Assembly: GCA_964187785.1 (NCBI GenBank)
Contig: OZ076409.1
Coordinates: 27,096,001-27,160,000, forward strand
Direction of reading: 5' to 3'
DNA length: 64,000 bases
From: Amphiscolops sp. MND2022
Lineage: Eukaryota
In this document: positions 1-13,149 of the stretch, piece after piece
Position numbering within the stretch: position 1 is the first letter of the stretch
How the letters are laid out: each line of letters starts with the position of its first letter
The notes under the pieces: model-generated
Seen by the model: only the letters and a program-made list of their open reading frames with translations
What the model was told of the DNA's origin: nothing
Database searches by the model: none
Translations under genes and position numbers: made by a program

Positions 1-2346
1 TTAGGTTTTTGTTAGATCAATTCTGTTCTTTACAAAAATATACTAGAAAACCATACGTTTCGATGTCAATTTCTAAAGTCGATCATTTGGAGGAACTCGC
101 AAAAATCGAAGGTTCCGACACTTTTTGATTCAATTCGCGCAAACTGGGAACGGCCCAAATTAGCGCCACGCTCAAAGTTCAAAAAACCAACGTCAAAGGG
201 ACACTATTTTGAGAATGTTATCAAAATTACAATGCCGGAAAATACCCGAAGGGTCACCCATGAGACTCAAAAACCTGTTTTCCCAAATGGAAAAAAAATT
301 AAATATTTTTCAAAATTTTTACTTTTTGAAGAAATGTTCGGAGAGAATTCTCGTATTGCCAAAAAGGAGCTTTGAGATCGTAAGACGCTTTTCTCAAGCA
401 GAGACTATTTATGAAAATGAAAGGGTCTCTGAAAGTGAAGTGCTCTTTGACCAAATGATTTTTTTTCGGAAAAAGTCGTACAGTGCTGGAAAGAAATAGT
501 AGGTCTTTTCACAAGTATTGAGAAAACTCTCATCAGTTACATATGGCCGAAACATAAGTAAAGAGGTACTCCTTAGGACTTAAAGACCCGGAAAACGGTT
601 TTTCTTTACAAAAAACATGAAAACAAAGCAAAAATAGTGTGGCCAAAAACTTTCGAAAAATATATTTTAAATTTTCTACGGTACTTTGCATCGTGCCGAA
701 AATCTTAAGGTGGCCCTCCTATGCTTGCAAAACGTGTTTTGCTACAAATCTAAGAAGAGTCGGATAGTGACAAACACCCCAGAAGGGGACCATTTGGTCT
801 ATCCTCAACATTTACAAGCATAGAAAATATTTGGTTTAGTGTGGGTTTCGAACCAACGTAGTTCTGCTTCTCAGGCTCCATCACCAGGCCGGGAGATCCG
901 TGGTAACCGCTAGACCAAAAGGGGTGCAAGTCAGTTACAACTGATAGAAACCTGATAGAACTATGTTAGTTCGCTGGTCTTTAAAAACTCCTACTATAGT
1001 CGTTTTTTTCTGATAAAAAGCATTGACTAAAAAAACTATCTGAAAGGTTAAATGTTTTTTGTTTTCAAATCTTTATACCAACAGAAACATCTTAAAACTC
1101 TACACAAACTGCATGAAACGTTCAAATTAGGTTTTTGTTAGATCAATTCTATGTTCTTTACAAAAATATACTAGAAAACCATACGTTTCGATGTCAATTT
1201 CTAAAGTCGATCATTTGGAGGAACTCGCAAAAATCGAAGGTTCCGACACTTTTTGATTCAATTCGCGCAAACTGGGATTGGCCCAAATTAGCGCCACGCT
1301 CAAAGTTCGAAAAACCAACGTCAAAGGGACACTATTTTGAGAATGTTATCAAAATTACAATGCCGGAAAATACCCGAAGGGTCACCCATGAGACTCAAAA
1401 ACCTGTTTTCCCAAATGGAAAAAAAATTAAATATTTTTCAAAATTTTTATCTTTTGAAGAAATGTTCGGAGAGAATTCTCGTATTGCCAAAAAAGGAGCT
1501 TTGAGATCGTAAGACGCTTTTTTCAAGCAGAGACTATTTATGAAAATGAAAGGGTCTATGAAAGTGAAGTGCTCTTTTACCAAATGATTTTTTTTTCGGA
1601 AAAAGTCGTACAGTGCTGGAAAGAAATGGTAGGTCTTTTCACAAGTATTGAGAAAACTCTCATCGGTTACATATGGCCGAAACATAAGTAAAGAGGTACT
1701 CCTTAGGACTTAAAGACCCGGAAAACGGTTTTTCTTTACAAAAAACATGAAAACAAAGCAAAAATAGTGTGGCCAAAAACTTTCGAAAAATATATTTTAA
1801 ATTTTCTACGGTACTTTGCATCGTGCCGAAAATCTTAAGGTGGCCCTCCTATGCTTGCAAAACGTGTTTTGCTACAAATCTAAGAAGAGTCGGATAGTGA
1901 CAAACACCCCAGAAGGGGACCATTTGGTCTATCCTCAACATTTACAAGCATAGAAAATATTTGGTTTAGTGTGGGTTTCGAACCAACGTAGTTCTGCTTC
2001 TCAGGCTCCATCACCAGGCCGGGAGATCCGTGGTAACCGCTAGACCAAAAGGGGTGCAAGTCAGTTACAACTGATAGAAACCTGATAGAACTATGTTAGT
2101 TCGCTGGTCTTTAAAAACTCCTACTATAGTCGTTTTTTTCTGATAAAAAGCATTGACTAAAAAAACTATCTGAAAGGTTAAATGTTTTTTGTTTTCAAAT
2201 CTTTATACCAACAGAAACATCTTAAAACTCTACACAAACTGCATGAAACGTTCAAATTAGGTTTTTGTTAGATCAATTCTATGTTCTTTACAAAAATATA
2301 CTAGAAAACCATACGTTTCGATGTCAATTTCTAAAGTCGATCATTT
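1..2346. repeat. Tandem array of ~1.13-kb units (89-1216, 1217-2346, plus a partial unit running off the window start)
   Basis: TTAGGTTTTTGTTAGATCAATTCT recurs at 1, 1127 and 2257; units are near-identical; similarity stops after ...AAAGTCGATCATTT at 2346. Each unit contains a HINE-like repeat. Confidence 0.95.
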
Positions 2347-4276
2347 CTACCTTTTCTGGTTCTTCTCAGGTTTCTTTCTGAAAAAATTTTGAGAATCAAC
2401 CGTTTGTAGTTGAGTTCGATTTCTTAGTTACTTAGTTACTCGAATGCACATAACCGTCAAAAACAATGCAATGCATTCTGAAAAATTCAATTTTTTGGTT
2501 TGTCTCATCCTTTTCCTGAATAAACTTCAGGTTGCTTTATAAGTAGTTTCTCAATTAACTAACTGATTTGTCATGATCACAAACATGTTCAGTTTTTCAG
2601 TATTTTCGAATTTGTTGAAAACGGAAGAAAATTGAGGAAGTTTAGTATTTTTGAAACGCTTCGGGGCGTTTTATAGAAAGTGTCAGCTTCTGAATAAAAA
2701 AAAAGTCCTAACATGAGTTCAGAAAAGAAGTCGCAAGACAGTTAATTTCACCCATTCCGCGGGATGGACGCCGAATAAGCAGTTCTGCTTTTCTAAGTCG
2801 GCGCCCAAACTTTTTTCTGGTCTTTGACATTTTGGGTCTTTTCTGAATACTCTGCTTCTGCATTTTGGTGAATGGTTGCTTAGTAAATAAATTCTTTGTT
2901 CTCGAGTTCTATGGATTTTGATTTTCAGCGAACTTTTAAAAGTTATACAAAAATTGCTAAACAAGGTCAAAATTCCAGAAATTTTTGGTTGCTTTTTCCG
3001 AACACAAAGCATCTAATTTCTGTTCTAAGAAACGCGCATTTTCGTCGTTCGAAATCTATTGTTTCATCCACACAAGCATTTCGACTAAAAAATTCATTTT
3101 TTTCGATAAATACATATGCTACGAACCTAATTTTATAGTAGTATAATTCTGTGGAAGTACGTCTATAGTTTGGGTACAAAATTGGAACAACAAAAATAGG
3201 AAAAAACGCTGTACATAAGTTTTCCTTTCCAATGCGGAAATATGGGCGGAAAATGAAGAATCAATCTAAAACTTGAATTTTGGCCATATTGATGTAATCA
3301 TTCATTTTTCATCAATCAGCAGGCTTCGAGCACTTTTGGAATTTTTGTTAAAAATAACTTGGGGTTTCTTCCAACTCTGCGGAATGAAATATGCTATAGT
3401 TTATTCATGTCATGTTTATGCTTATAATTATTCTAAGAAAACTGTCTATAACCATTATTCAGAAACAGCCATCAATTTTTCTAGACGCTTTCATTAGGAA
3501 GAACTGAAAAAACGCATGTGCAAGATTTTGCGATACTGTCTTTTATACATTGATTTGAATTTACAATGAATTTTGTCTGCTATGAGTTTCAAAATCGGAA
3601 TTTTCAGAAAACGCAGACAGTACGTTTTTCAAAGGAACGGCATGGCGGGAAATAAAAGAAAAATATCTAAAAATAAACAGACCAAATCGTCTGGTCACAT
3701 GTTGTTTCTTTGAAAAACTAACTTGGACAACGAATGCCATAAATGGTTGATGACAAGGCTTCAAATGTTTATTTATGGCGAATAGTCGATTGCTTTGGCA
3801 CGAACTGGCATTGTTTGAACAGGAAGGCACTTAAGTGGCAAATGGCTTTTTTATCTCTGACGTTTGTTTAACAGTGGGAAATATACACGTCATTTACTCC
3901 CACGCAAGGAACCAACTGTTGTCAACTGAGGAACATGTTGGAATATAAATTATGAGAATTCTCGTTGATAAAGACTGATGAAGATTTCACAAAAAAAAAC
4001 AGATAAGCAGTGATGAATTTAAAAAACTGGATTGATTAAAAGATGTTCAAAACCAGACAGCCAAATCATCAAATTAAGTCGATGCCAGTTTTAGATTTCT
4101 TCCGGATTGCTTTCTACTCACTTTAGTATCATAAAGTAAAATAAAAAAGAATGAATAAGTTTCATTTTACAGTGAATACTTGAAAATAAAATAGACTAAA
4201 TACTGTCAGTGAGTTTCCACATGATGGAGTGGACGATTTTAGAAACAATGTTGAAATTAAATCATTTTAATTTCAG

Positions 4277-4439
4277 ATCCAGCCAGTAGTGAAACGTGTT
4301 CGAAACTGATAAAAACATCCAGTCAACTCATGAAGTAAAACCGACTGTTTTTACCTTTCATCGTTCTATTTTCAGGATTAAAGCCACCCTGAAGGCATCA
4401 CTCGCTGGATTTGTTTCAAGTCTCCAGGAAACTTGCTAA
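4277..4439 (+). CDS. Possible last two small exons (4277-4334, 4376-4439) of a plus-strand gene, ...DPASSETCSKLIKTSSQLMKIKATLKASLAGFVSSLQETC*
   Basis: Acceptors TTTCAG at 4276 and 4375, donor GTAAAA at 4335, phases compatible. The intron would be only 41 nt and no homology is recognised. Confidence 0.25.
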
Positions 4440-4813
4440 GGTCATGCCCTAAAACAAGACCACGTCCCTCCCCCTCCCTCTCCTGCTGCCCTGCCCACTG
4501 GCCAAAAGCACCCCTCCAAAAATTCGGCAAGCAGCGCGTGATAAATGCATAGATATTGAAGGTTACATATATGCGAGGCATTTCTAAAACTAAGCAACAC
4601 AAAATCAACTTGTGGTAGTGTGAGTTCATTACTAATGTTATGACAGTTCGAGTTCGGATCCAGGACAAGGAGCTGTTTTCGCCCATTGAAGTAGCCCTGG
4701 TCTTCTTTCGTTGGTAAAAACAATCTGCATGGTGTTGTTAACAATTGTTGAAGTTTTAGTTTGTTGTTTTCTAACTCAGCTTTCTACTTCAAAGATAGAC
4801 TGTTGGGTTAAAG

Positions 4814-6332
4814 TTACACGTTGGAGGTGCGCGAATTATGAGGAGTGAGACTTTGGAAGTCGTCGGCGAATGAGACATCGACAGCTTCATCTGCCACTTC
4901 AACTTCATCTGGGTGCAGTGACTCACCGCTTCCATGAGCCTCTTCAGTGTAGTCAGGGGGCATATCCCCTTTTCCTCCCGACCCTCTGCGCTTTTCAATC
5001 GTCTTCGAACTCATTTCTTGGGCGCTATCGACCAGGTTGGCATTATCCATGCACCAGCTGGCAATAGATGAATGTCTCCCTAAGCAGTAATTTCCGAGCC
5101 CCAAAACTGATCGGAAGAGGAAATAACCAAACAAACAAGTTAAACATAGCATTACGACTATAACCAATTCCAAAGAACTCGAACTCTTGATGTTCACGCA
5201 CGTCAAAATAGAACTGAGAGCCACCAAGATTGCCGTGACAGCAAAAAGAACTTGGGTTGACCACTTGGTAACAAACGCGGCAGAAGGATTGAAGGAACTA
5301 CTCATGCTCGTCGACGCAGCTGCATCTGGAGATGCTGAACTTTGCTGGCAAGTGGTAATGTTTGGGGTTTGGTTCTGTCGGGACCAGCCCACACAGAAAT
5401 CCAGAATGAGAACGGCCCCCAAGACAGACGTCCAGGTGTAAACGACAATGTCACCCAAAGTATCTGCCAAAACTTTATTATCATTCGTCCTCTTGAATAG
5501 CATTAACGAAGCGCCAGTAGCGGATACACTAACCGGGGCATATATGCACGCATACAAGAGCAACTTGTTCTTCGTAATTGAATCTTGCAAGATAAGTTTC
5601 CATAACCCAAGACAGGCTGAAATTGAGACGATAAGCAACGATGCCAATGTTTCGGCAAACTTTCCGTTGACCGGTCCGACTTTTTTGGCGGCTAGAATGA
5701 GGAGGAAAAACGCAATGAATGCCATAAGAACAATGTTTCCATAAAAATGCACACTGAGACGAGAAACCTCACAGTGGCTTCCTTGGTGCCATCTGTAGCC
5801 CTTGTAGACGAGAATGCACACAATCACAGCACATGGTATAATGAGTATCAGCATGATTATACTGCTATCAAAAGATTCACGTTCGCCATCCAAGGGACTC
5901 ACTTGTTGCATCGCGATGCCATCCACTGCATCCTCGCCCGATCTCATTGATTTGGCTAATGGGGTGGTAGCATCAAAATCCATGACGTCATTCTGATTGC
6001 CTCGTGGGGGGGTATCCACAACTACAAAGCTGGCCACTCCTGTGCATTTACATATCAAACTTCCTCCTTCTAGTCTGGCGTCGCATTTTGAGTTTTCAAG
6101 TCTGTTGAACCCGTCCAATGAATAGCACTGCGGGTTATGGACTCTTTGGCTTTTTGTCAAAGGAATCTCGATTTCGATGGGAGGAATCATTGGAGTTATA
6201 GCGTGGTTGTCTTCAGGAGCAACGAACGTCACAGTCACGATGCTGCTAGCAACTGACTCTAAACTTCCGAGACTCTTCGCGAAATCTGCAGCTTCTCTGT
6301 CCGTAATGCAAATTCCAATTTCGAGGCTTTTC
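4814..6332 (-). CDS. Exon 2 of adhesion-GPCR-like receptor: GAIN/GPS-like module, seven hydrophobic helices, cytoplasmic tail
   Basis: 515-codon ORF; GPS-like QCYSLDG...SKC...LICKCTGVASFVVV followed by seven TM-length segments; acceptor TTTGTTCTCAG at 6333 in phase 2. Confidence 0.8.
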
Positions 6333-6390
6333 CTGAGAACAAAAACCAGCGTTACAAACATTGAAATGCATCGAAGATGTCACCTTCAAT

Positions 6391-8103
6391 TTTTTAGTCG
6401 ACGCTTTTTGTGAAGCAAAAAATGCCCGACTCTTACAGTTTCCTTTTTTTCTCCAGACTACAGACCTCGGACTGGAAGGTCCACTTTTTACAGAAACTAC
6501 GAAAACTACTTAGGCTGAGTCCGGCCAGCGGAAAATTAGTGCAAAGGGTCCCGCCTTTCATTTTTCACTTTTTTAATGTAACCTACAAAACCGGACGAGA
6601 CTAAAGGGTCCCCCTTTTGATTTTTTTCGGTACTGTGCGACGTTTTTTTCGAAAATATTTAAGTCTCCAAAGGGTCCCCCTTCGAGTTTTTGATATTTTG
6701 CAACAAACTCAATGTTAAAAAACCAAAAAGGTCCCCCTTTCAGATTTTTCGGCACTATGAGACTTTCAAAATTCTCATTTTTGTCTGATATTAGGTTTTG
6801 TTAATATATCCAATAATTTCTTTTCAATACTATCCGAATTTTTGACTTAATATCCGAAGTGAAGCGCTATCCGAACTTTTGACGTTATATCCGAACTACA
6901 TTGCGTTTTATTAAGGAGGAGGCGGAGGTTCGAAAACAGGAGTTTTTCAATTAATGTCGCCATCAATTGAATACCTTTCGTAAGTATTCAGCAACAAAAA
7001 CGATACTGCAAAAAAAACACAAAACAATAAGGTATGGTTTTAAACATAAACAGGGCCTTTTTGAGTGATTGATCAAAATTACAGCGCTGAATTTGTACTG
7101 GAATCATTGATAATTCAGTAATTTTTAACAACTACAGGAATAAAAAATAGAGATAAAAACGCAGTTTCATGTTTTACATGAATCAATTCTGCAGCATGTA
7201 GAAACTAGTTTATGAAGCTTCGGTTAAAAATGATCATTTTCAACTCAAATTGAGCTCAAACTCTTGGTAATTGGTTTATAAATGTTTTGACTTCATAGAC
7301 TAGCTCGAACTTCAATGACTATACAAACGTATCACACATCTTTGAAAAGCCATTAGTGGCATTAATTGATGGACTACATCCAAATTTGGAGTTGAAGAAG
7401 TTTCTGGCTGACTTGACTGAATAAGTTTATTTTAAAAATAGAAAAAAAACTAGACTGTTGAAAATCTCACTCTGATTGGTCCACTTTTCTTACAACCAGG
7501 GGCGGTTTTAAGGGGGATGCGGGGGCGGCGGCCGCCTGCCCCTTTGGAGTGATGTATGGAATGAATTGATGTAAGAGCCGGTAAAATGAGCCGATTGTTC
7601 CTACTTTCAAAAATATTCAACTGGTGCTTTCGTTCCGGTGCGCCCCACTTTTTGAAAATCCGCCCGCCCGTTGAGGAAATCCTAAAACCGCCCCTGCTTA
7701 CAACAGAAACTACTAAAACTACTAAGGCCGTAAGGCCAAGTCCGGACAGCAGAAATTAGTGCAAAGGGTCCCCCTTTCATTTTTTACTTTTTTAACGTAA
7801 CCTACAAAACCGGACGAGACTAAAGCCCCCCCCCTTTCGATTTTTTTCGGCATTGTGCGACTTTTTTCGAAAATTTTTTAATGTCTCAAAAGAGTCCCCT
7901 TTTCAAGTTTTTTGATATTTTGCAACAGAATATATGTTAATAAAGCCCGAAGGGTCCCCCTTTTTACATTTTTCGGCACTATGCGACATTTTATGAAAGA
8001 AAAAAATTTCGAAAACTTCGAAAAATAGGTTTTTTCCAAAAAACATGTTTGGGGCTTTTTGAGCCTTAGATATAGCGCCGACTTTAGACGTTCTCTTCTT
8101 GTT
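6391..8103 (+). mobile_element. Composite HINE-like (non-autonomous Helentron-type) repeats inside the receptor intron
   Basis: 5' TTTTTAGTCGACGC...GCCCGACT fold-back at 6391-6431; 3' GCGCCGACT plus degenerate stem-loop at 8075-8103; internal block near 6478 is repeated near 7477/7705. Confidence 0.6.
7497..7696. mobile_element. hAT-type MITE, 200 bp
   Basis: TIRs CAGGGGCGGTTTTA / TAAAACCGCCCCTG; perfect 8-bp TSD CTTACAAC at 7489-7496 and 7697-7704. Confidence 0.92.
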
Positions 8104-8530
8104 TTGACAAGTTTTGTGTTCAATCAACTCCCACAAAAATACTGAATTGATGGATATATGTTGATTTCAGAAATGATCAACCGTTTCCGAAATATCAAGC
8201 TCAAAAGGTAAAATTTCCTCAATTTACATGAATTTCACTCGATGCGCCAATCAAAACCGGAAGTGAGAGCAAATAAACAATTTTAATTGGCTGAGAACGT
8301 CTTAATCACAGTACTGTATTGACAAATTGATTCATTATTAAGTTTATATAGTTCGTTCAGAAATGTCAAAATTACCAGTTCAAGTCGTTTTCAATTGAGA
8401 TTTGTAAGGTGTAGAAAATGTCAAATCGGCATTACCAGTGAGTTAACCTTGACTTTTAACACCTTCAATTAAGCTTAATTGGATGCGGTGAAATCAACTC
8501 AGAAATTAGAAAGATGTTTTGCAATCGGGC

Positions 8531-8923
8531 CAGGGTTGGTTAAAAAATGTTTAAAAGTGTTTTTACACGTTTAAAACGTTTTAAAACGTTTAAAAACAAG
8601 GTTTGAGAGTGAGTGAAAAGCTCAATTCGATTCATTATCACAAAAATTACTCAGAAACCGCAGCAGAATTCAGCAAGCGCATACAAAATGCCAGTTTACG
8701 GACTTTCTCAGAATTCAGTCTATTCCGAATTTCAGAATGTACATGACCCATGGATGAAAAAAACGCTCTCCAGACCAGCTGAAGACGGTGCCATAGTTAC
8801 CAGCTCTTCGGAAACTGAAAGAATGTTTGCGAAAAGAGGCGATAACTGTTTTTAAACACCCCCTGGCAAATGTCCTTGTTTTAAAAGTTTTAAAACACCA
8901 TGTTTCAAAACATGCCAACCCTG
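8531..8923. mobile_element. hAT-type MITE with a possible transposase C-terminal remnant
   Basis: TIRs CAGGGTTGG / CCAACCCTG; flanks AATCGGGC vs ATTGGGGC (6/8); internal KKTLSRPA...SSETERMF loosely resembles the hAT dimerisation motif. Confidence 0.65.
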
Positions 8924-9620
8924 ATTGGGGCGCTTTTGTCTGGGGTGTCTCTGGAAATTTCTGAGGGGGAGGCGAAATGAATCTCTATCAGAGAAAAATG
9001 TTGAATGTGTGTAAGTTTTGGATTTCGAAATACGGCAGGATTTTTCAACACCACCGAGAAAAAACATGAAAACCACAAAAATCTCAATTTTGTTCTAAGG
9101 CTCTTTTCTGTTCCCCCATTTTCTCCCATCAAAAATTTTGAAAGTAATTCATAGACAGTTGAATCCGTCTCGCTAGGGAGTCTCGCTTGAAGTCGTATCG
9201 ATAGGGACGAATAAAGTAGACGAATAACAATTGGCAATATTTGGTTTTCAGCGAATTTTTTCGAGGATTTTTTTTGAGAAAAACAGCATTAATGCTGTTT
9301 GAATTTTATTTAGAAATATATGAACATTTTCTTCTTTGACTTTCAAAATACTTTAAAGTAAAATTGGAATAAATCAATTATTTAATCGACTAATTATTAT
9401 TTTATTCTAAATTTTCATTTACGTGTTGCTAATTTTCTAATGTGCCATTGAACAAGTTTGAGAAGGAATCAAGTAGTTCCATTGATCACTGGAATTACTT
9501 GGTTTCATCAGTACCTTGTTTTGGCAACAGATTTTAGCAATTTTTCTTCCACTAAACTGTTTTTTTTCAATATTTCAAGAAAAATTGGGTTAGTTTTAAA
9601 CTTGAATAATCAATACTCAC

Positions 9621-10882
9621 AGATACATGAACTGTTTAAGGAAGTCCCGCGACATTCTCAGATTTGGTCTTTTGATGGCATCAACCGCTGGAAAAGTCAA
9701 CCCCCCTCTTCCCACATTGTGGTTGAAAGAAGACGCCGCTATTTTGGCCCCAAAAACTTCGCTGTGTTCGCCCAGTTCGTATCGCAGAGTCTTCAACTGC
9801 AAGTCCTTTATATCAGTCACGAGGTTTGCGTCCTGGCTTATTGTCTCCTTCATTTCCTGCGTTATGAGTGTGAACAGAGGTCCGTTGAGTTTCAGTTCAC
9901 GGCGAGGAACTCTTCCGAGGCAGTTACTTGAGTCTTTGTTTTGATTGGTTGTCTCAGTGGGCTCAGATTGGATGTGGGCGGCAGTTTTAGGAACATCATC
10001 CCCGTTATTCGAAGATATTTCCGGATCTGTGTTTTCCCTCGAAAGAGCAGCAGATCCATACAATGCTGGTTTCGGAGCTTGTCTCAGATAGCCGACCGCC
10101 ATTGGTTTCGACTTTTCAGATGGGTCGAAAGATTCACAATTAACCCATGACTGGTCCACACTGCTCAGACGGAAGTGCTTGTACGTTTCCCATATTTCGA
10201 TTTTTGCATTCCATACTAGGCAAAGCAGTTCCTTGTCATCGTCCAATTGCTTGCTGAAAAGTTTGCGGTTGAACTGAACCGAGTGCGAAGACTGGCCGAA
10301 AGTTTCGCCAGAAATGGTCCAGAAGTAAACCAGAATCGGGGAAAGTACAACGTACTCGCTTTTTTCATCCTCATGCCACACTTTGGGTTTAAAGGTCATG
10401 TCAACCACCGAGAGTACAAGCCGGTCGTCACTTGTGACCTTGTGGGGCGTGACCTTGTAAGCAAAATCGATGAGCCCGTTTCCGAAATCTTGGGAACGGA
10501 GAACTGTGGCAACTTCTCCGGATGCTGAGTTTTCTGATCCATCTTGAGACAGAATTTGATCGCTAAATACTCGCGATTGAAGGTGAACTGTTGATTGCAC
10601 TTGAATATCTTTAGGCAGTTGTAGAAATTGTTCAGTTTCGTCGTCTGTTGTCTTTTGTTTCCAAAATTGATCGACGTCTGCCCATAAATCGTCCAAACTT
10701 TGCGACACCGATGGGCTTGTTTTTTCCTGGGCTATAGAAGCTTCCAAACTGTTGAAAGATTTTTGGAGGTTTTTGTTATAGATGGGATTGGCAGATGCGG
10801 CAAAAACTGCGGCCGGGTTTGAGCAGCACAAGTTGAGTAGTAATAATAACAGAGGGAGGACAGTGATAGATGTTTTCAGCAT
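9621..10882 (-). CDS. Exon 1 of adhesion-GPCR-like receptor: signal peptide and ectodomain with a GAIN/GPS-like module
   Basis: ATG at 10882 followed by the hydrophobic leader MLKTSITVLPLLLLLLNLCC; donor GTGAGT at 9620 is phase 2, matching the acceptor at 6333 and giving ...FMYL|KSLEIG... with a 2781-nt joined CDS. Confidence 0.8.
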
Positions 10883-12220
10883 CTTTTTACGCGCCTGTCT
10901 GTGCGTAGGCGATGGCAGTTTTTTCACTTACAGAGTAGAATTTCTCCACCAACGTATGTCTTCTACAATTTTACTACAATTTAGACAGTGTAGCATTCAT
11001 TACATGTGTACAGTGAACAAACGCAACTTGGCAACACTGAGGTCTTCGGCGTTAAAATGAAATGTGGCGGCCGTCGAAGAAAATGTTCAGCAACTTGCAT
11101 CAGATTAACGAAGCCATCGTTCGGCGGCAGCGGCGGCCAAGTCGTAAGCTAAAGCACATGCACATGTGAATTGAAATGAATGTGAAGAGTCACGCGCAGC
11201 GGTAAACGCGCGTGGTCGTGTCCTTTGACGTAAATACAGAATACGTACATGTAAAAGTTATCATTATGCGCTATAAACTGAATCTGGTGCTGTAGTCTGG
11301 ATTATTTATTCTATCAAAAAGGGATTGACCGTGTGCACCGAGACAAAAAGGGACGGCTTGATACGGTAGTTTGTATTCCTTCTATAGAGAGAAGAAGCGT
11401 CGATTCAAAAGACCATCTTTGGACTATTTTGCGACAAATTCACGTACAATTTGGTTCATTCTATTGTTTGATTATTTTTTATATACCACATGACGTACAT
11501 CACATGCTTCATAAATGATTGGAGTGATTGAACGCACCTGATTTTGAATAAAAAGCAAACCAATCAAAAATCTCTGCAAAAGTCCCACCGGTTGTATTTT
11601 TCATGTTCGTTCGTCTTCACTGTAAAATTACGACCCACGCTTTTAGCTCTTGCGAAGGCTGGTCGATTCTTCTTTTATTGATTGCTATTGGCCAACGAAG
11701 GCATTTACGTTAGTAACTCAACTATGCACACCTCCTAGCTTCTTGCCATAAAAGGAGATAAATTACAAATTTCGCGAGAATCAATTCCTGTTTATTGTTA
11801 ACCTTAAGGGCTGTTTCAGTGAAATGACAAAAGGGACTGATTCAGACGCGGCGACAGACAGTCGAATTTCTGGAAAGAGTGCTTCTAGGTTTTCTGTTTG
11901 AAATCGACCCAGTTTTGAGATTTCAAGCAATAGAGAAACTGAAAAGGAATTTCAATCACACTACATGTATTGTATTCGGAACAATTTCATTGTTTACGGC
12001 CTGGAATTCCATTCATGTTCTTCTTGCTTATTTATTTACTCCAAATTTTAAATTAACACAATTACTACCGAAATCAGCTAAAATTCATGAAACTATAATC
12101 GTTGCGACGACCAATGCCAAATAAGATTCCAAAGTCTTGTGAAAGTAATCAATATCTGATTCTGGGTCTTTTCGATAATGTTTTCCCCTGGTAGCTTAGA
12201 ACAAGCTGGGTTTAAATAAA

Positions 12221-12480
12221 ACAAGCCGGGAACGGCCCAATTCGGCGCCGTGCTCAAGATTCGAAAACAAGTTTTAAATATGCAAAGGGACACTATTGTA
12301 AAACTTTTATCAAATTCAAAGTGCTGGAAAATATGCGAATGGATACCCATAAGACTTGGAAGCCGCTTTTCCCCAACAAGAAACATGAAAAACCTAAATT
12401 TTTTGAAAATGGAACTTTCGGAAGTCTCTGTGACAAACACACAAATGAAACTCTTCATTTTCGAGAAACGCTTTTTTCCA
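12221..12480 (-). mobile_element. Truncated HINE-like repeat, same family as 18076-18557
   Basis: Begins ACAAGCCGGGAACGGCCCAATTCGGCGCC, the family terminal stem-loop plus subTIR; right boundary approximate. Confidence 0.55.
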
Positions 12481-13149
12481 AGCATATCGTTTCTATCGTT
12501 GTTATCAGCAGGAAGAAAACACTTAACAGACAAGTTTCTGTATATGGTGGTAGCATCAGCGACACTAAGAAAAATTCAAAAGAAGTATGAAAAAAAATTC
12601 ATGAAGCCACGGAATAGATCGCTGACAGGTGGTATAAGTTATTTCCCGGAAGCAACTACCAGACGAATAGCTCAAGCAATTGTAGAACGTACTCACAGGA
12701 TCAGCAACCAAATGCGAGTTCGGAGATCAGACAAACAGTCTGATAATGGACGCGTTCATTCACAACTTAAACAACAACGGTTATGCACAACCAAAAGAAG
12801 GACCGGAAGAGGCACTGCAATTTGCAGTCGCATTTGATGACGGAATCAGTCAACAGAAAAGCTTCGGAGTTTAAAACAGAATCACTGTGTGTGAAAAACG
12901 AAAACCGAAAAACTCTTGAACGAGGTGCGGACTGCGCAAAATCATAGGTCAGCATGGAGAGCTAAGAATGAACAATGCCGCAACTACGGAGTAATTGGAC
13001 ACTTTGCCTGAATGAACAAAAGACCAACAACTGCCACCTTCAGAGGAAAGGGCAGAGCTGCAAACAGAAGCGGAATGAGAAAAGTGAATCTGATCAACAA
13101 GCCGACCAATCTGTTGCAGCACAGAAGCTGAGAATATGGTCTTCCACTT

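Noticed and set aside
841..920. Functional tRNA genes here and at ~13445, ~32935 and ~50380
   Set aside because: A and B boxes are present but I could not fold complete cloverleaves, and all sit within repeats; treated as tRNA-derived relics.
209..1685. ORFs of 96-125 aa in the tandem units
   Set aside because: They lie in non-coding repeat sequence, differ between near-identical units and show no protein motifs.
12250..12837. 195-aa ORF as a host gene
   Set aside because: It runs from a HINE-like repeat into sequence next to the Gypsy relic; likely a chance open frame.
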